Source: Vicugna vicugna
Taxonomy: Eukaryota
Direction: 5' to 3'
NCBI GenBank assembly: GCA_013265495.1
Contig: MU058444.1
Location: 620,001 to 684,000, forward strand
Length of the DNA: 64,000 nt
Shown: positions 12,271 through 24,981 of the stretch, piece after piece
How the letters are laid out: each line of letters opens with the position of its first letter
How positions within the stretch are numbered: the stretch's first letter is position 1
The notes under the pieces: model-generated
Seen by the model: only the letters and a program-made list of their open reading frames with translations
Databases searched by the model: none
What the model was told of the DNA's origin: nothing
Translations under genes and position numbers: made by a program

Positions 12271-14384
12271 CAACCCTGTACCTGATTGTCTTTCCAGGCA
12301 TAATGTTCAGGTGCTTTTGAATTTGGGAGAGAACTTCAAGAAGCTTCACTGTTTTATATCCTATTACAAATATTACAAATATTTTGAAAAAAAACACAGT
12401 ATTTTCAAATAGAAATGGGAAAATTTAAGAGTTCTTTTCTTTACTTGGTTTAGTTTAAAAAAAAATAATGTATAGTTTTGTTGATCATTCCCTAGGGAGA
12501 AAAATAGTTATTACAGGTAAATATCACACCTTAGGTAGAGCTATTTGGAAACTACTAAAACACTAAGAAGGCTGGTATAACATTTAAAACCTGAAGCTTT
12601 ACTATATTATATGGTATCAGATTGATGCATGTAAAAATATTCCAAATTTTTTTGTCAACTGCAGTGTTTACTAGTACAACATCTTTTTCCAGTCACCCAA
12701 TATAGATGATTTTAGCGTGTCTAAGTTGGCATTAGTAACAGAGAAAAAAATATCTTTTTTTCCATTGTTTGTTGGAAGTTAAAGTAAAATAATATGTTAT
12801 GTGTTACATCATAACTTTTGAAACCACTGATCATTGAGGTGAGAGAGGAAAATTTATTTAATCATGTAGAGACGTTATCACGATCTAGAGAAGATACACT
12901 ATCTGACTGACTAGATCTGTTTCTCCAGTTGTTAGTTATAATTGGAAGAGTTTGTTTTTTCCTTGCTGAAATATATTTTAGTGACAGTCTGAGGGATGAG
13001 AGTTACCTTTGGAAAAAAAATCAACGTGACTATCACCAAGCTTCGTTTTTACCCTTCATAGGTTATTGAAAAAATTTTTAATTTAACTAGGAATAACCCT
13101 GCCTGAGCAAATGTCTACTTGATTTCAATAACCTTTATCACTTGTGTAAACAGAAGTCATTGTAGAAACCAACACACTAATGAGAAAAGTAAAAAACACA
13201 ATTCTATTGTTACGTTCTTTATATAATATTGAACCAATATGACTATTCCTTCCCATAAAATTGAGGTTTATCTCCACACATATGAATGTGATGCAGATGG
13301 CATCAGGCTTGTGTAATAATTATGTGGGATATGGTAGGTCTCAGTGATGTTGCAGAAAAGTGGTACCACGGGGGCATGGTGGACTCTGTTTAAGTACAGA
13401 AGCATCTCATCTGAGAATCTCCTCCGCTCAATGGGTCAAGAGCTGGGGACGGAATCGGATGCCAGTGTTCTTGCTGTTCCTGAATTAAGGGTCTTCAAGT
13501 TCAAAGAGCATCAAAGCATCTGCTATGTCTCTCCAGGAGCTCTCTTTTCTTTCTTTCCCTCCTTCTCAGAATGGGACCCCAAACACTTCAGGAAACTGTA
13601 GAAGCTATACATCTGGTCTCACTCCTTACGCAGCTGTACCTCTGGCAGAATGAATGTCTTATCTCTCAAATTGGTGTCTGACTTTTCAGTTTATTTTTCT
13701 ATACTAGTCAAAGTCTGATGCACAGCACTGTGATGTAATTGAACACGACTGGAACAACACCGTGGGGCTGAAATGATCACAGCAGGACAAAGCTTCAAAA
13801 AGAAATGTGAAAATAATTTTTTCCCGTCTCTGTGAACAAATATTTGGGGCTGTTAAAAAGTAGATTCTTGAGGTGATTGAGGGTGTTGATGTAACAGGCA
13901 CCTACTCCCTGGCCTCCCCAGGTCAGTTTCTATCTAGTCCATGCTGTGGTTCTTCCCAAAGTGTGTTCTGTGAAACACTAGCCCTCTGATCTGCTTCACG
14001 GAGAAAAATGAAGTGAAATAAAAAGAAATAAGGCAAGGTACTTCGCATTGGGCCATGCACATTTAAAATCACAAACATTATTTTCATTTCTTAGAGTCTC
14101 TCGACACTTAAGTAGTTTATAAAAAAATATTGCAGCGAGGACAAAAATCTAATTTTTAAAGCCGGTACTTCTCAGAACTGTTTGACTAAGCAACTCCTCT
14201 TTGTATAATTATCTATTACAATTCCTCAGAACTCGTGTTCTAAGAAAGTCATTTTAGGAAATATCATAGCTCATCCATTTCCAGATGCACATTTTCTTCA
14301 CCCTATTACACCTTTGAAATTGGGATGCTTCTTAAATTTGATGATACCCTGGGCTCAATGAAACATGGTATTGCCTTACCACAG

Positions 14385-14787
14385 TTTACAATGTTGTGTT
14401 AATTTCTGGTATACAATGCAGTGATTCAGTTATACAAATATATATTCCTTTTCAGATTCTTTTTCATTATAGGCTATTATATGGTATTGAATATAATTCC
14501 CTGTGCTATACAGTAAGACTTTGTTGTTTATTTTGTATATAGTAGTTAACATCTGCAAACCTTGAACTCCCAATTTATCCCTTCCTACCCTCTCTCTCTC
14601 CCCTCACCCTGTAACCATAAGTCTATTTTCTATGTCTGTGAGTCTGTTCCTATTTTGTAAATAAGTTCATTTGTGTCTTTTTTTTTTAGATTCCACATAT
14701 AAATAATATCATACAGTATTTTTCTTTCTCTGCCTGACTTACCTAACTTAGCATGACGATCTCCAGGTCCATCTATGCTGTTGCAAA
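14385..14787 (-). mobile_element. L1 3' fragment lacking its poly(A) tail
   Basis: tttacaatgttgtgttaatttctgg...agattccacatat...tccatctatgctgttgcaaa; TSD cttaccacag / cttaccatag. Confidence 0.88.
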
Positions 14788-14807
14788 CTTACCATAGCAT
14801 GTTTAAA

Positions 14808-15260
14808 GTCAGTTATGTGCACTCTTTTAGCTATGATTAGGCTCATCTGAGACTGACAAAATCCCAAAATGATAGTGGCTTAAGTAACTTAGAAATTGAT
14901 TTCTTACCAACAAATCTGGAGGTGGGTGAACCTCCACTGGAATTGCACTCCCTGGTTTTGGGTACCCAAGCTTCTCCTTTCTTGTTCTGTTTTCCAGAGC
15001 CTTTATATCCACATCATGTAATGGTTCAAGAAGGCTGCTCCCTGTCTCCATGTTCAGCTCTATCCAAATTTCTCCCACTGGGAAAGGAAAAAAAAAAAGA
15101 TAAATATAAAGCAATAAAAGTCAAGTGCTAGATGTCTCCCATGGGCCAGAATTTAGTCATGTGGCCACACCTGGGAGCCAAAAGAGGGTTCAGGAAATAT
15201 GGTCATTTATCTGAGCTTGCATGAGCTGAGCTAAAATTGTTATTGTTATGAATAAAAGGA
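14808..15260 (-). mobile_element. Old MaLR (MLT1-type) LTR
   Basis: cccaaaatgatagtggcttaag...cccatgggccagaatttagtcatgtggccacacctg motifs. Confidence 0.6.
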
Positions 15261-15287
15261 AAACCTATTCAAAAGGGGAGGACTGGA

Positions 15288-15455
15288 TGACTTAATTCAC
15301 TTAGTATGATAATCTCTGGGTCCATCCATGTTGCTGCACATGGCATTGTTTCATTCTTTTCATGGCTGAGTAGTATTCCACATGTAGAGCTGAATCACTA
15401 TGTTGTACACCAGAAACTAACAATATTGCACATCAACTATACTTCAATAAAAAAG
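15288..15455 (+). mobile_element. Short 5'-inverted L1 insertion
   Basis: Antisense L1 segment 15288-15381 followed by a sense 3' end with caataaaaaa; degenerate TSD gggaggactgga / gggagcactgga. Confidence 0.8.
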
Positions 15456-18400
15456 TAGGGGTGGGAGCACTGGAGAACTAGTGCCACCTGCCATGGTGCA
15501 GCCATCGGATATTAATATTTACAAGAAGCTAGATCATTGGAAAAAACAGAAACTAGAGAAGTATCAAAGCATAACTTTTTCAGAGTTAAGGCATGAAGGC
15601 AAATGTTGTTGAAAATGAAAAATTCATTTTGCCATTAGCAACCAAAACATTGGTCCCTTCCTCTCCAACATCAAATAACTTAGAAGAAATTTCTTGGTAT
15701 TCACAGCCACTGACTTTGGATTGTGAAGGTCAGAACAGAACATTGTTCTCCGTTGCCCTCTTTTGAGTCTCAGGTCATTCATTATCCAAATTTAAGTGGC
15801 GGTAAGTACAAGTAAGAGGGGAAGTGATTCACAGAGTGGATATTGTGTAGACATGGACTTTTAGTAAGAATGTCTAGAATGTCCAAATATGATTAGTTTG
15901 TTCCCAAGCTGCTCTGTGATTATGTTTCCATGATTGTTAGGAATTTTGATTCAATTAAATGCAAGAATCATTGTAAAACAAAATTCTCTAGTGTTCACTA
16001 CTGCATTTATTTCTTATATTTCTCACAGTGTCTTTAATCTCTCTAATATCTAAATGGAAATATTAAAGCAGTGAGACTGTTCAAATTTGACTAATGTTAA
16101 TTTGGAAATTTAATTAGATGATGATTGAAAATTTTCAACATTACAATGAAAATAATTAAAAATGTCTATATGTAATAGTGTAAATCTCTTAAAAATTAAT
16201 TTGCTATCTCAGTTAAGCCGCTGTCATTTTGGAGTTTCTGTCTCTGTCAGCTGATCCTTTTGATTTTTTTGCTTTATTAAGCTAGACTTTGACCAAGAAA
16301 AAAATCTTTTAGTGAAACCAGACATCTGTTTCCAATTCCTAAATGCTGTTATTCTATGGTGTTTACTTATATTTATGAGCTCAGAGGGGAATGCAGTAAT
16401 TATGGAGTAATGAGATATAAAATTTACCCTGTGTTTATTATATCAGATTATCTGATATCGTAAGGTAAATAACATGGCAAGGTAATATGTACTTGTTGAG
16501 CTTCAAATCCTGTGAGCTTACTTTTAAGAAAAGCAATATTAAATAATTGGTAAAAATCTTGAAACATCTGACAGGTAAGCGTCATGAATTGCTCTGGCCT
16601 AGTGGCTTGGTAAATATGTTCTCAATGAATATGATAATTTTGCTTGCTGTTTCTCTATTGCCTTATTTTATTGGGGAGCATTATCCAGCCGTATATTTTT
16701 AAACAATAAATCATAGAAAGCAAATGCATGCTGCTATTATAATTTAACTGAATGTGCCTGTAGGGGGAAAATGACTTTTTAAAGTGATGAATTCTTTCAG
16801 AGAGACATGTATCTCCTCATTCTTCTCAGACATTTGCTGAATACGTCCCACATGCAGAGTTCTCTGGTGGGTTTTGGAATGCGGAAGCCAAATTCTGAAG
16901 AGCTATTGAAATGGGTTTCTCAAAGTCATAGTTATAGCTTTATTGCTTCCACAAAGCAGAAAGGAAATAGCCTAGCTCTGCTATGAAATTAGGATTAAAA
17001 AGCGATGTGTTAAAATAACAGCTGACACGCCACATATTTCTCTGAAACTTGAAGTGACCATATTATAAATTCCCCAAGCACACTGATAAGCCAGTGGCAA
17101 TAAAGTTGGGAGGTATGAGGAATGTGTAAGTTGTGTGTATTTCTGTTCTGGTTGGAAAGACTCTTCGGGAGAGTGGGTCTGTATCTCTGAAATCATCTAC
17201 TCAGAGCAGTAAATTTATTCTGCTCCAACTCTAGGGTTCTGCAGTCTGGATAACTTGATGGCATAGGAATCTAAAATCACCCGAATTTCTGCGAGCAGCT
17301 CTTTGAGTTACCACACGGGTCCTCTGCCGTGATCTGCTTAATGGTTTAGCACTTTCTCTCCATCAACTACATAGCAGTGTTTTTAGTAATAGAACTCAGG
17401 ATTGAATAACTTTCTTAATCAGCCGATAACAGTTCTTTCAGTCAAAACTGAACTCCCTTTAAGATTCAAATTTATAAATATTTTGCATGAATATCTTTTC
17501 AAGCAGACATGCACATTCTCAGTTTTCCTTCAGTCTCTAAAGCTATTTTATGCTTGTCAGCTGTAATTTTTCTGGGCAAGGTTTTGAATCAATAGTCTGC
17601 TTTGTTCAGTTACCAGTCATAAAACTTTTAAATAGGTAAAAATTTAACTTTTATGGACATTTGACTTCTTTTGCAAAGTATCCGTGTATTTCTGATAAAG
17701 TGGTGAAATGATCAATGGAGCCGAGGTGTTAGGAATCTAAAACCTGGGCCTGGTCTCAAGGGATGGTTTTTATTTAATTGAGAGGCCTTAGTATGTCATT
17801 AAACTTTCAGAAGTTCGTTTCCTTGTTCATAAAGTATAGTGAATAATACTTGCCCTGATTATATCACATAGAGCTATTGAGATGATAAAGATTGTGCATT
17901 AAAACACTGAAAACTTTAACGCACTCTCAAAAATGATGTGCATGTGTGTCAATGGATGTGTATGCATAAGTGATACAAATTAATTTTAAAACCTTGTTTG
18001 GTTGGAGTCCTGACTATTTGTGGGAATGAAAGTTTTCAGTTTTTAGAAAAATTTGAAAAAGCAAAAAACCCCAGGGTATAGTATTTTAGATTTCTTTGAG
18101 TCATCACGAACAGAACAAGGTCCATGACATTGAATTTGCCTTCTTGGGAAGACAGCGTCTGAAACTGACTCTGTCAGGTCCTTAACATTGACTCTTAAGA
18201 CACCGTGGTTTTGTACGTTTGGCGTTGCACACCTCCTGAAGTTCTTTTTATTCTTCAATGATTTTATGTAGCTATCTGCCAATTCATCCCGAATTTGTTT
18301 CCCAATAGCTAGTTCAAAATTGGTGTTTCAGGGGGCTCCAAGTCTGTTAATGCATAGTTGTCCCCAGTGCATCGTTTCAAAATGAATTTCATGTCAGAAG

Positions 18401-18766
18401 CACACACACTCTACAACATGGGAGGGACATAAAACTAGACGTTGTTTATGAGGCCAGATTTAAATGACATCCTGTGGTCTTCCACGGGGGTGACCAAAAC
18501 TCGGAGTCACCGTGACAGAGTCATTGGCTGAAATGATCACCCCGTGTGATAACCCAGGAAAATCATTTTGTGGGTTGTCCTTGTGACTTTGTACTGGGTC
18601 GTGATTGCCCACATGGAATCGTCATTTCTGAACAGAGTGAAATAGAGACCTTACACGAATAATTCTTCTCAGGGATGTCATTCAGAAAACTTGAATCATT
18701 CTCTTACCGTGGTTATTGAGGTACACTGGAAAAACACTGTTACATCAGCCTCTTTTTCTTCCTTAG

Positions 18767-18890
18767 GCTTCTTTACCCACGACAACTGATCTTCCAGAGT
18801 TTTTTGTTGCTTCTTACAAATGGCCAGGATGGACCCACGGCCCGTTGGATCAGAAAAACTGTGCTGCGTCTTGGGCGTTTTCTACTGCAA
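18767..18890 (+). CDS. TINAG: TINAG exon 5 (ASLPTTTDLPEFFVASYKWPGWTHGPLDQKNCAASWAFSTA)
   Basis: Acceptor ccttag|GCT, donor GCAA|gtaata, 124 nt; start of the peptidase C1 domain with QxxCxxSWAF. Confidence 0.97.
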
Positions 18891-19423
18891 GTAATAAAGT
18901 CATTTTAATTTCTTCCTTGTAAATTCTCCCTTTGACTCTAGATCTTGGGGCAGAAATTAAAAACGTTTTTAATTTAACACATTTAAATATTAACATGTGG
19001 GCAATTAAGATAAAGTCTTAGTCTAGCCCAAGAAAGCAGCCTGAAGATTAGATAAAAATCTATTTTTCACTCTGAAAATTGGTCTTTATTTTTAGGGTCT
19101 AACTTTAAAGAGAGAGTAAATCAAAAGAGCCACAAAGAAAAGTTGCCAAAAATGTGTTTGTTCTTTGAGAGTTAAGGCCAGATACTAAGAGAGGCATAAT
19201 GTTCATCTTTAAGCTAATCCTAGCATGCGTGTGGACACAGACATATAATTCCTACATTCTTTCCTCTTGATAAGATCTGCAAGAATATATTTAATTATTA
19301 AACTAATTTGATGTAAAGCAAGACTTCAGAACTAAATAATAACGGATGAAATGCATGTCATCTCCTTTTGGATAAAGGCAAACATGTAGATTCTGACTCT
19401 AAGGTGATTCAATTGATCTTTCT

Positions 19424-19659
19424 TTTTTTTGTAATTTTATTTTATTGAGTTATAGTCAGTTTACCATGTTGTGTCAATTTCCAGGGTAGAGCACAACTTT
19501 TCAGTCATACGTGAACATACATACATTCACTGTCATATTCTTTTTCACCGTGAGCTACCATAAGATCTTGTATACATTTCCCTGTGCTACACAGTATAAA
19601 CTTGTTTATCTATTCTATATATACCTGCCAGTATCTGCCAATTTCAAACTCCCAGTCTG
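19424..19659 (-). mobile_element. L1 3' end
   Basis: T-tail then ttattgagttatagtcagttt...tttccctgtgctacacagtataaacttg; TSD-like ttgatctttct / ttgatcctct. Confidence 0.88.
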
Positions 19660-20188
19660 TTGATCCTCTAATAAGAGTAGCTTCCAAATTCTTGCTGCTG
19701 TAAGGAATACATACCTCTGTTACAGAAACTTACATATAATTTCACAAGTCCAGTAAATGAATATAAAGATTAAGCCCAAGATTTGGTCTCCGAAGAGTGT
19801 CAATCGTATTACAGCAATTAAAACTTACATGACATCGGCGATCTGCTCTTAAAGATCAGCTTCTTAAAACTGTGCTCTAGGCTTAGAAATAATTCCAAAG
19901 GAGTGCTCAGAAACAGGGTAAGTACTGAAAGCATCGTGAAATGAGTTCACAGGCTCTCTGAGAAGTCGGCTGAAGGGTGAGGGTGGCACCCCTTGGGACA
20001 GAGGAGCGTTCGTACTTCGTCTCATTGTCATCACTTCATAGTATCAGCTAGATTGTTCTAGAAAGGTTGCATTTGGCCAAGCTCACCACTGGAGCATCTC
20101 TGTTAATTCTACGTTAACTCCTCCAGTATAAACGTCCTATGGCACAGGGATCTCTTTGAGTCTCATTTTAGTTGGGTGGGGATGGTTT

Positions 20189-20943
20189 GTTTTTTTTTTT
20201 AATTGAGGTATAGTCAGTTTACAATGTATCAGTTCCTGGTGTCCAGCACAATGCTTTAGTCATACATGAACATACATATATTCATTTTCATATTCTTTTT
20301 CACCGTGAGCTGCTACAAGATACTGAATATAGTTCCCTGTGCTATATAGTATAAACTTGTTTATCTGTTTTATATGTATTAGTCAGTATCCCACAAATCT
20401 TGAACTTCTAGTTTATCCTTTCCCACGCCCTTCCCCCCTGGTCACCATAAATTAGCTCTCTATGTCTGTGAGTTTGTTTCTGTTTTGTAAATAAGATCTT
20501 TTTTTTTTAACATTTTTTATTGTTTTATAATCATTTTACTATGTTGTGTCAAATTCCAGTGTTTAGCACAATTTTTCAGTCATACATGGAAATACACACA
20601 CTCATTGTCACATTTTTTTTCTCTGTTAGTTACCATAATGTTTTGTGTGTATTTCCCTGTGCTATACAGTATAATCTTGTTTATCTATTCTACAATTTTG
20701 AAATCCCACTCTATCCCTTCCCCCCCTCCGCCCCCCTGGCAACCACAAGTCTGTATTCTCTGTCTATGAGTCTATTTCTGTCCTGTATTTATGCTTTGTT
20801 TTTGTTTGTTTGTTTGTTTGTTTTTTATGTTTGTTTGTAGATTCCACATATGAGCGATCTCATATGGTATTTTTCTTTCTCTTTCTGGCTTACTTTGCTT
20901 AGAATGACATTCTCCAGGGCCATCCATGGTGCTGCAGATGGTA
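20189..20943 (-). mobile_element. Two nested L1 3' ends of different subfamilies
   Basis: First 3' end at ~20190-20497, second T-tail and 3' end from ~20498; outer degenerate TSD tgggtggggatggttt / tgggtagggacagattt. Confidence 0.85.
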
Positions 20944-21063
20944 TGGGTAGGGACAGATTTAATCAGATAAGTCACTTGTCATACTATGTTCCTGGGTTAG
21001 TGTATTATACCTCCTAGGTGAGATATAAGAATTTTACCTTAAATTTAAGAGATCAGTATTTAC

Positions 21064-21154
21064 TTTTTTTTTAATTGAAGTATAGTCAGTTTACAATGTT
21101 GTGTCAGTTTCTGGTGCACAGCATCATGTTTCAGTCAAACAGGAACATACATAT
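21064..21154 (-). mobile_element. Short L1 3' end (~90 bp)
   Basis: ttttttttaattgaagtatagtcagtttacaatgttgtgtc...; TSD-like gagatcagtattt / gagaccagcaattt. Confidence 0.85.
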
Positions 21155-23566
21155 GAGACCAGCAATTTTGAAGACGTCTTAGGGAAGACATTGGTAGTGA
21201 AATACGGAGAGTAACTTACTAGGCTGATTTGGACTGTTACTTTGGGGTCCCCAGGCCACAGCCCCATAAATGACCTCAGCACAGGTGTAAGTCTGGATTT
21301 GTCCCCCTACCTGATGGAGGACAGTTTTGTATCCTGTGTGTGTATTCACTGTGGCAAATCAGGCTGATGCTACTTTTTTTTTGTTTTTTGAGTGTATTCA
21401 GTAAAGAAAGGCATATCTAGGTTCTCTAAAGGATCTAGAAAATCAGGTCAGGACATAGTAGTTAAAATCAGAAAAGATATCTCTCAAAGAAGCTAAAAAC
21501 TGTAAAGTGGAATAAAGAAGACACTTAAAAAATATACACATATAGAAAAATAACTATGCAGCCAAATAAAATCCAAGTAGTTCAGAAGCTAAGACGTGAA
21601 GGAGTTTGAAGCGGTGGCAGCGATCTACCCTGCAGGGCAAACTTGAGGACAGAATAAAATAAGAGCGCGTGTCTCAGAGGTAAAGCCCGAAGGAAGTTTT
21701 CAGAAAGAGAATGGAAAGCAATTTGCTGAACTGAGTCATCCTTAAATCTTCTGACCTTTTCTAAGTATTTCAAGTGAATGTGGATTAAACCTTTACCGAG
21801 ATTCAGATATGTCTGTATGAGCAACACAGTGCATCTCATTAGAATTAAAAACGCTTATTATTCTTTCCTTGACATCTACAGATGCATGGCGCTGAAAGGG
21901 ATGTTAGAGGTCACCTTTATCAAGCCTTTGGTTTTGTAATAGAGGCACCAGTAGGGGAAGTGACCTGCCCAAAGTGAAAGCTGAGATGTCTCAGCCGTGA
22001 TCTTGGAAGCCAGGCTTCTGACTCCTTTCAGCACTGTTTCCTCTCCATTGTAAAAGTCTTTTCTGAACCAAAGAATCGCTACACTAACATTTAAAATATA
22101 TATACTTGATTCTGAGCCCTGTACTGAAAGTCAAAGCATCAGAGGATTTCCATTTTCTCTTATGAAAGAGGAGATTATTTTCTGGAGAATAGGAGAGACG
22201 GTGGTGTCATGACATTCGCCACCTGTGAAATATATTTCCTCGCTGGGACCTGGAAAGGAAGTACGAGGTTATAGATTCAGCACAGACTGAGCGTCTAAGA
22301 TGCGCCAGCAATTGTACATCTGCTGTAGTGACATAAAAACCATGTATATGCAGAAATACATATGTAAGGGAATTATTTTAAAACAAATTATGTGAGAGTA
22401 ATTCTAAACTCGCACCTTGAGGGGTTCCAATACACAGATAATTTTGATGAGCAAAAATGATAACTTCTGAGAACATTGGACAGAGAGGAGAAAGGTTATG
22501 ACTCTGTTGCCTTTAATTAAAAGGGAAAGGTTAAACACCAGGAGCAAGACTATACCAGGAATCCAACAACAAAAATATCTGTACCAAAATGTCACCCACC
22601 CCAATTTTCTCATGATTTCAGCACACATGCTAGTTTATCATGGTGGCGTGATCAAAATGCTAACACATATAGTTTTCTGCTACTGGTTGATTAGTTTCCC
22701 TCGTCTATTATTCTGTTCTACTTTGAGGTCAGGATTACGACTCTTCTGGTTTTTGTTCATGTTGCAATTTCTACGGCTCAGTACAGTGCCTGTCGCCTGG
22801 TAGGAGGTCAACAAATATGTGTTGGGGAGAGGAACAAGCTCATTAACAACAACCAGGCTAGGGGATTATTTAAACAAACGGAAGGTTCAATCATAAAAGA
22901 TACATATGAAAAATACAAGGTGCATTCCACATCTGCTAAGGTGAAATTGGGATCATAATGTCCAAGAAAATTATAAGCCTAAAAGTGTGCTGTGTAGCTT
23001 TTTGATATTTTATAATATAGGTTCATATTAGTCTCAGTTAATTTAGAAATCAAAGACTCAGTTTATTCCAATGTATCAGATTAACATGGATGAATTTCCA
23101 ATGAATATTTCTGTAATCAGTCTTTCTCATTTCCTCTGTTTAGTTACATTCATTTCAAATATATATATATTTAGCCATGACTCTAAGTGTTACTGTTCTA
23201 GGTGCAGGAGATATAAATGTAACTAAGATATGGCCTTTATCCTCAAGGTCACTTGAAAAATTCACTTGCAATATTTCTTAACAAAGAATTTAAAAGTACA
23301 CAGAACATGAAAGGAACAAGGAACTAGAAAAGTCTTTGAGGTTGGTAAGACAATGAAGCAGTGCCACAACTGGACGAAAATTATGCCTGAAATTAGGGCA
23401 CTGTTGAACTTGCTGGAATACATAGATATATTCATGGCATCTGGCCTCAGTTTTAAACTACACAAAGTTTTGAAGAATAGCTGAGGATTCAAACAAAAAA
23501 CTCTATGGAAATGACTGGAAATACCACGTGCCACTTGAACATTAATCAACATTCTATTTCAAACAG

Positions 23567-23717
23567 GCGTGGCAGCGGACCGAATAGCGATTCAGTCCAA
23601 AGGTCAATACACAGCCAACTTGTCCCCTCAGAACCTGATCTCTTGCTGTGCCAAGAAACGACACGGATGCAGCAGTGGAAGCATCGACAGAGCTTGGTGG
23701 TACCTGAGAAAACGTGG
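23567..23717 (+). CDS. TINAG: TINAG exon 6 (SVAADRIAIQSKGQYTANLSPQNLISCCAKKRHGCSSGSIDRAWWYLRKRG)
   Basis: Acceptor aaacag|GC, donor CGTGG|gtaaat, 151 nt; LSPQNLISCC and GCxxG papain-family motifs. Confidence 0.97.
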
Positions 23718-24191
23718 GTAAATAGCTGCCCACAATGTGTCTCTAGGTTTCTTAGGGTTAAAATAAGGACCTGCCTGGGGTTAGAATGAGGACCCTCTGA
23801 CTCTGTCGAACACTGTCGAATGTTCTGGAAGCAATCCTACCGGATACTTCCATGGCCACCTCAGCACTGACTGTCCATAAAATCACTCCCGTTGTTTCAT
23901 TTTCCTTACCATCTGCTTCGAAAGTCAGTGAATTATGTTAGATTTGGATCCAAATAAGTTGTACTTTTCCAGCTTCAATTTCAAAATCCAAACTTATTTT
24001 CTTTATTGCTTGTATAAGGTATAATACATTTGTAGAATGTATAAGAATGGTATAACCTGATAACTTTATGCCTTATTAATGTTAATATTATATTAGTATA
24101 TACAGTTCCTCCCAAAATATCATGAACTACAGGCACATAATAATTGAAGTCTTATAAAAATGTATCTATAACTAATAAATGTGTATTTATT

Positions 24192-24241
24192 TCTTTTCTT
24201 TTTTCTATTTTTGTGTGTGGAGGGGAAGCAATTAGGTTGTT

Positions 24242-24288
<47 letters not shown>

Positions 24289-24368
24289 TTTTAATGGAGG
24301 CACTGGGGATTGAACCCAGGACCTCGTGCTTGCTAAGCATGTGCTCTACCACTGAGCTATCCCCCCCA
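24192..24368 (-). mobile_element. Vic-1-type camelid tRNA-derived SINE with expanded internal (TTTA)n
   Basis: Reverse complement reads gggggatagctcagtggtagagcacatgcttagcaagcacgaggtcctgggttcaatccccagtgcctcca (Pol III A and B boxes), then (AAAT)n, aacctaattg and an A-rich tail. Confidence 0.9.
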
Positions 24369-24800
24369 CCACGTGAAAAATACTTTTTACTTCTGAAACT
24401 TGCATAATTATCAGAAGAGCCCTATCTGAGTCTGATACAATTCATTCTCTTTCACACTCCTCTACATTATAATTATAGATGTAGAATTAAGGAGTCCTTC
24501 TCCTGTTCGTTTTACCACAGATTTTATTGATGGCCCCTTTTCACCTTCAGGAAATTCTGTACAGTAGATAGAATTGTTTATTAAAATGGATTTAAGCAAG
24601 ATTTTAAAATTATCATGAAAAAATAGGAATGGAACAGGAAAGAGTGCAATGTCATTGAATGGCTGTGTTCAATGTCATTGATCTTAATGTGTAAATAGTC
24701 AGAATAATTTACGAACGTTTAGTTCAGCAAATTGCACCTAGGCTGGTGATTATGGCATTTTTCTAAGTATTACTTTGACTTCTTCAATGGTTCCTCATAG

Positions 24801-24981
24801 ACTGGTGTCCCACGCATGCTATCCACTCTTCAAGGACCAAAATGCTACCAATAACAGCTGCGCCATGGCAAGTAGGTCTGATGGGCGGGGCAAACGGCAC
24901 GCCACAAAGCCATGTCCCAACAGCATCGAGAAATCCAACAGGATCTACCAGTGCTCTCCTCCCTACAGAGTCTCTTCCGAA
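24801..24981 (+). CDS. TINAG: TINAG exon 7 (LVSHACYPLFKDQNATNNSCAMASRSDGRGKRHATKPCPNSIEKSNRIYQCSPPYRVSSE)
   Basis: Acceptor ctcatag|A, donor GAA|gtaagt, 181 nt; also visible within ORF 24775..25059. Confidence 0.97.
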
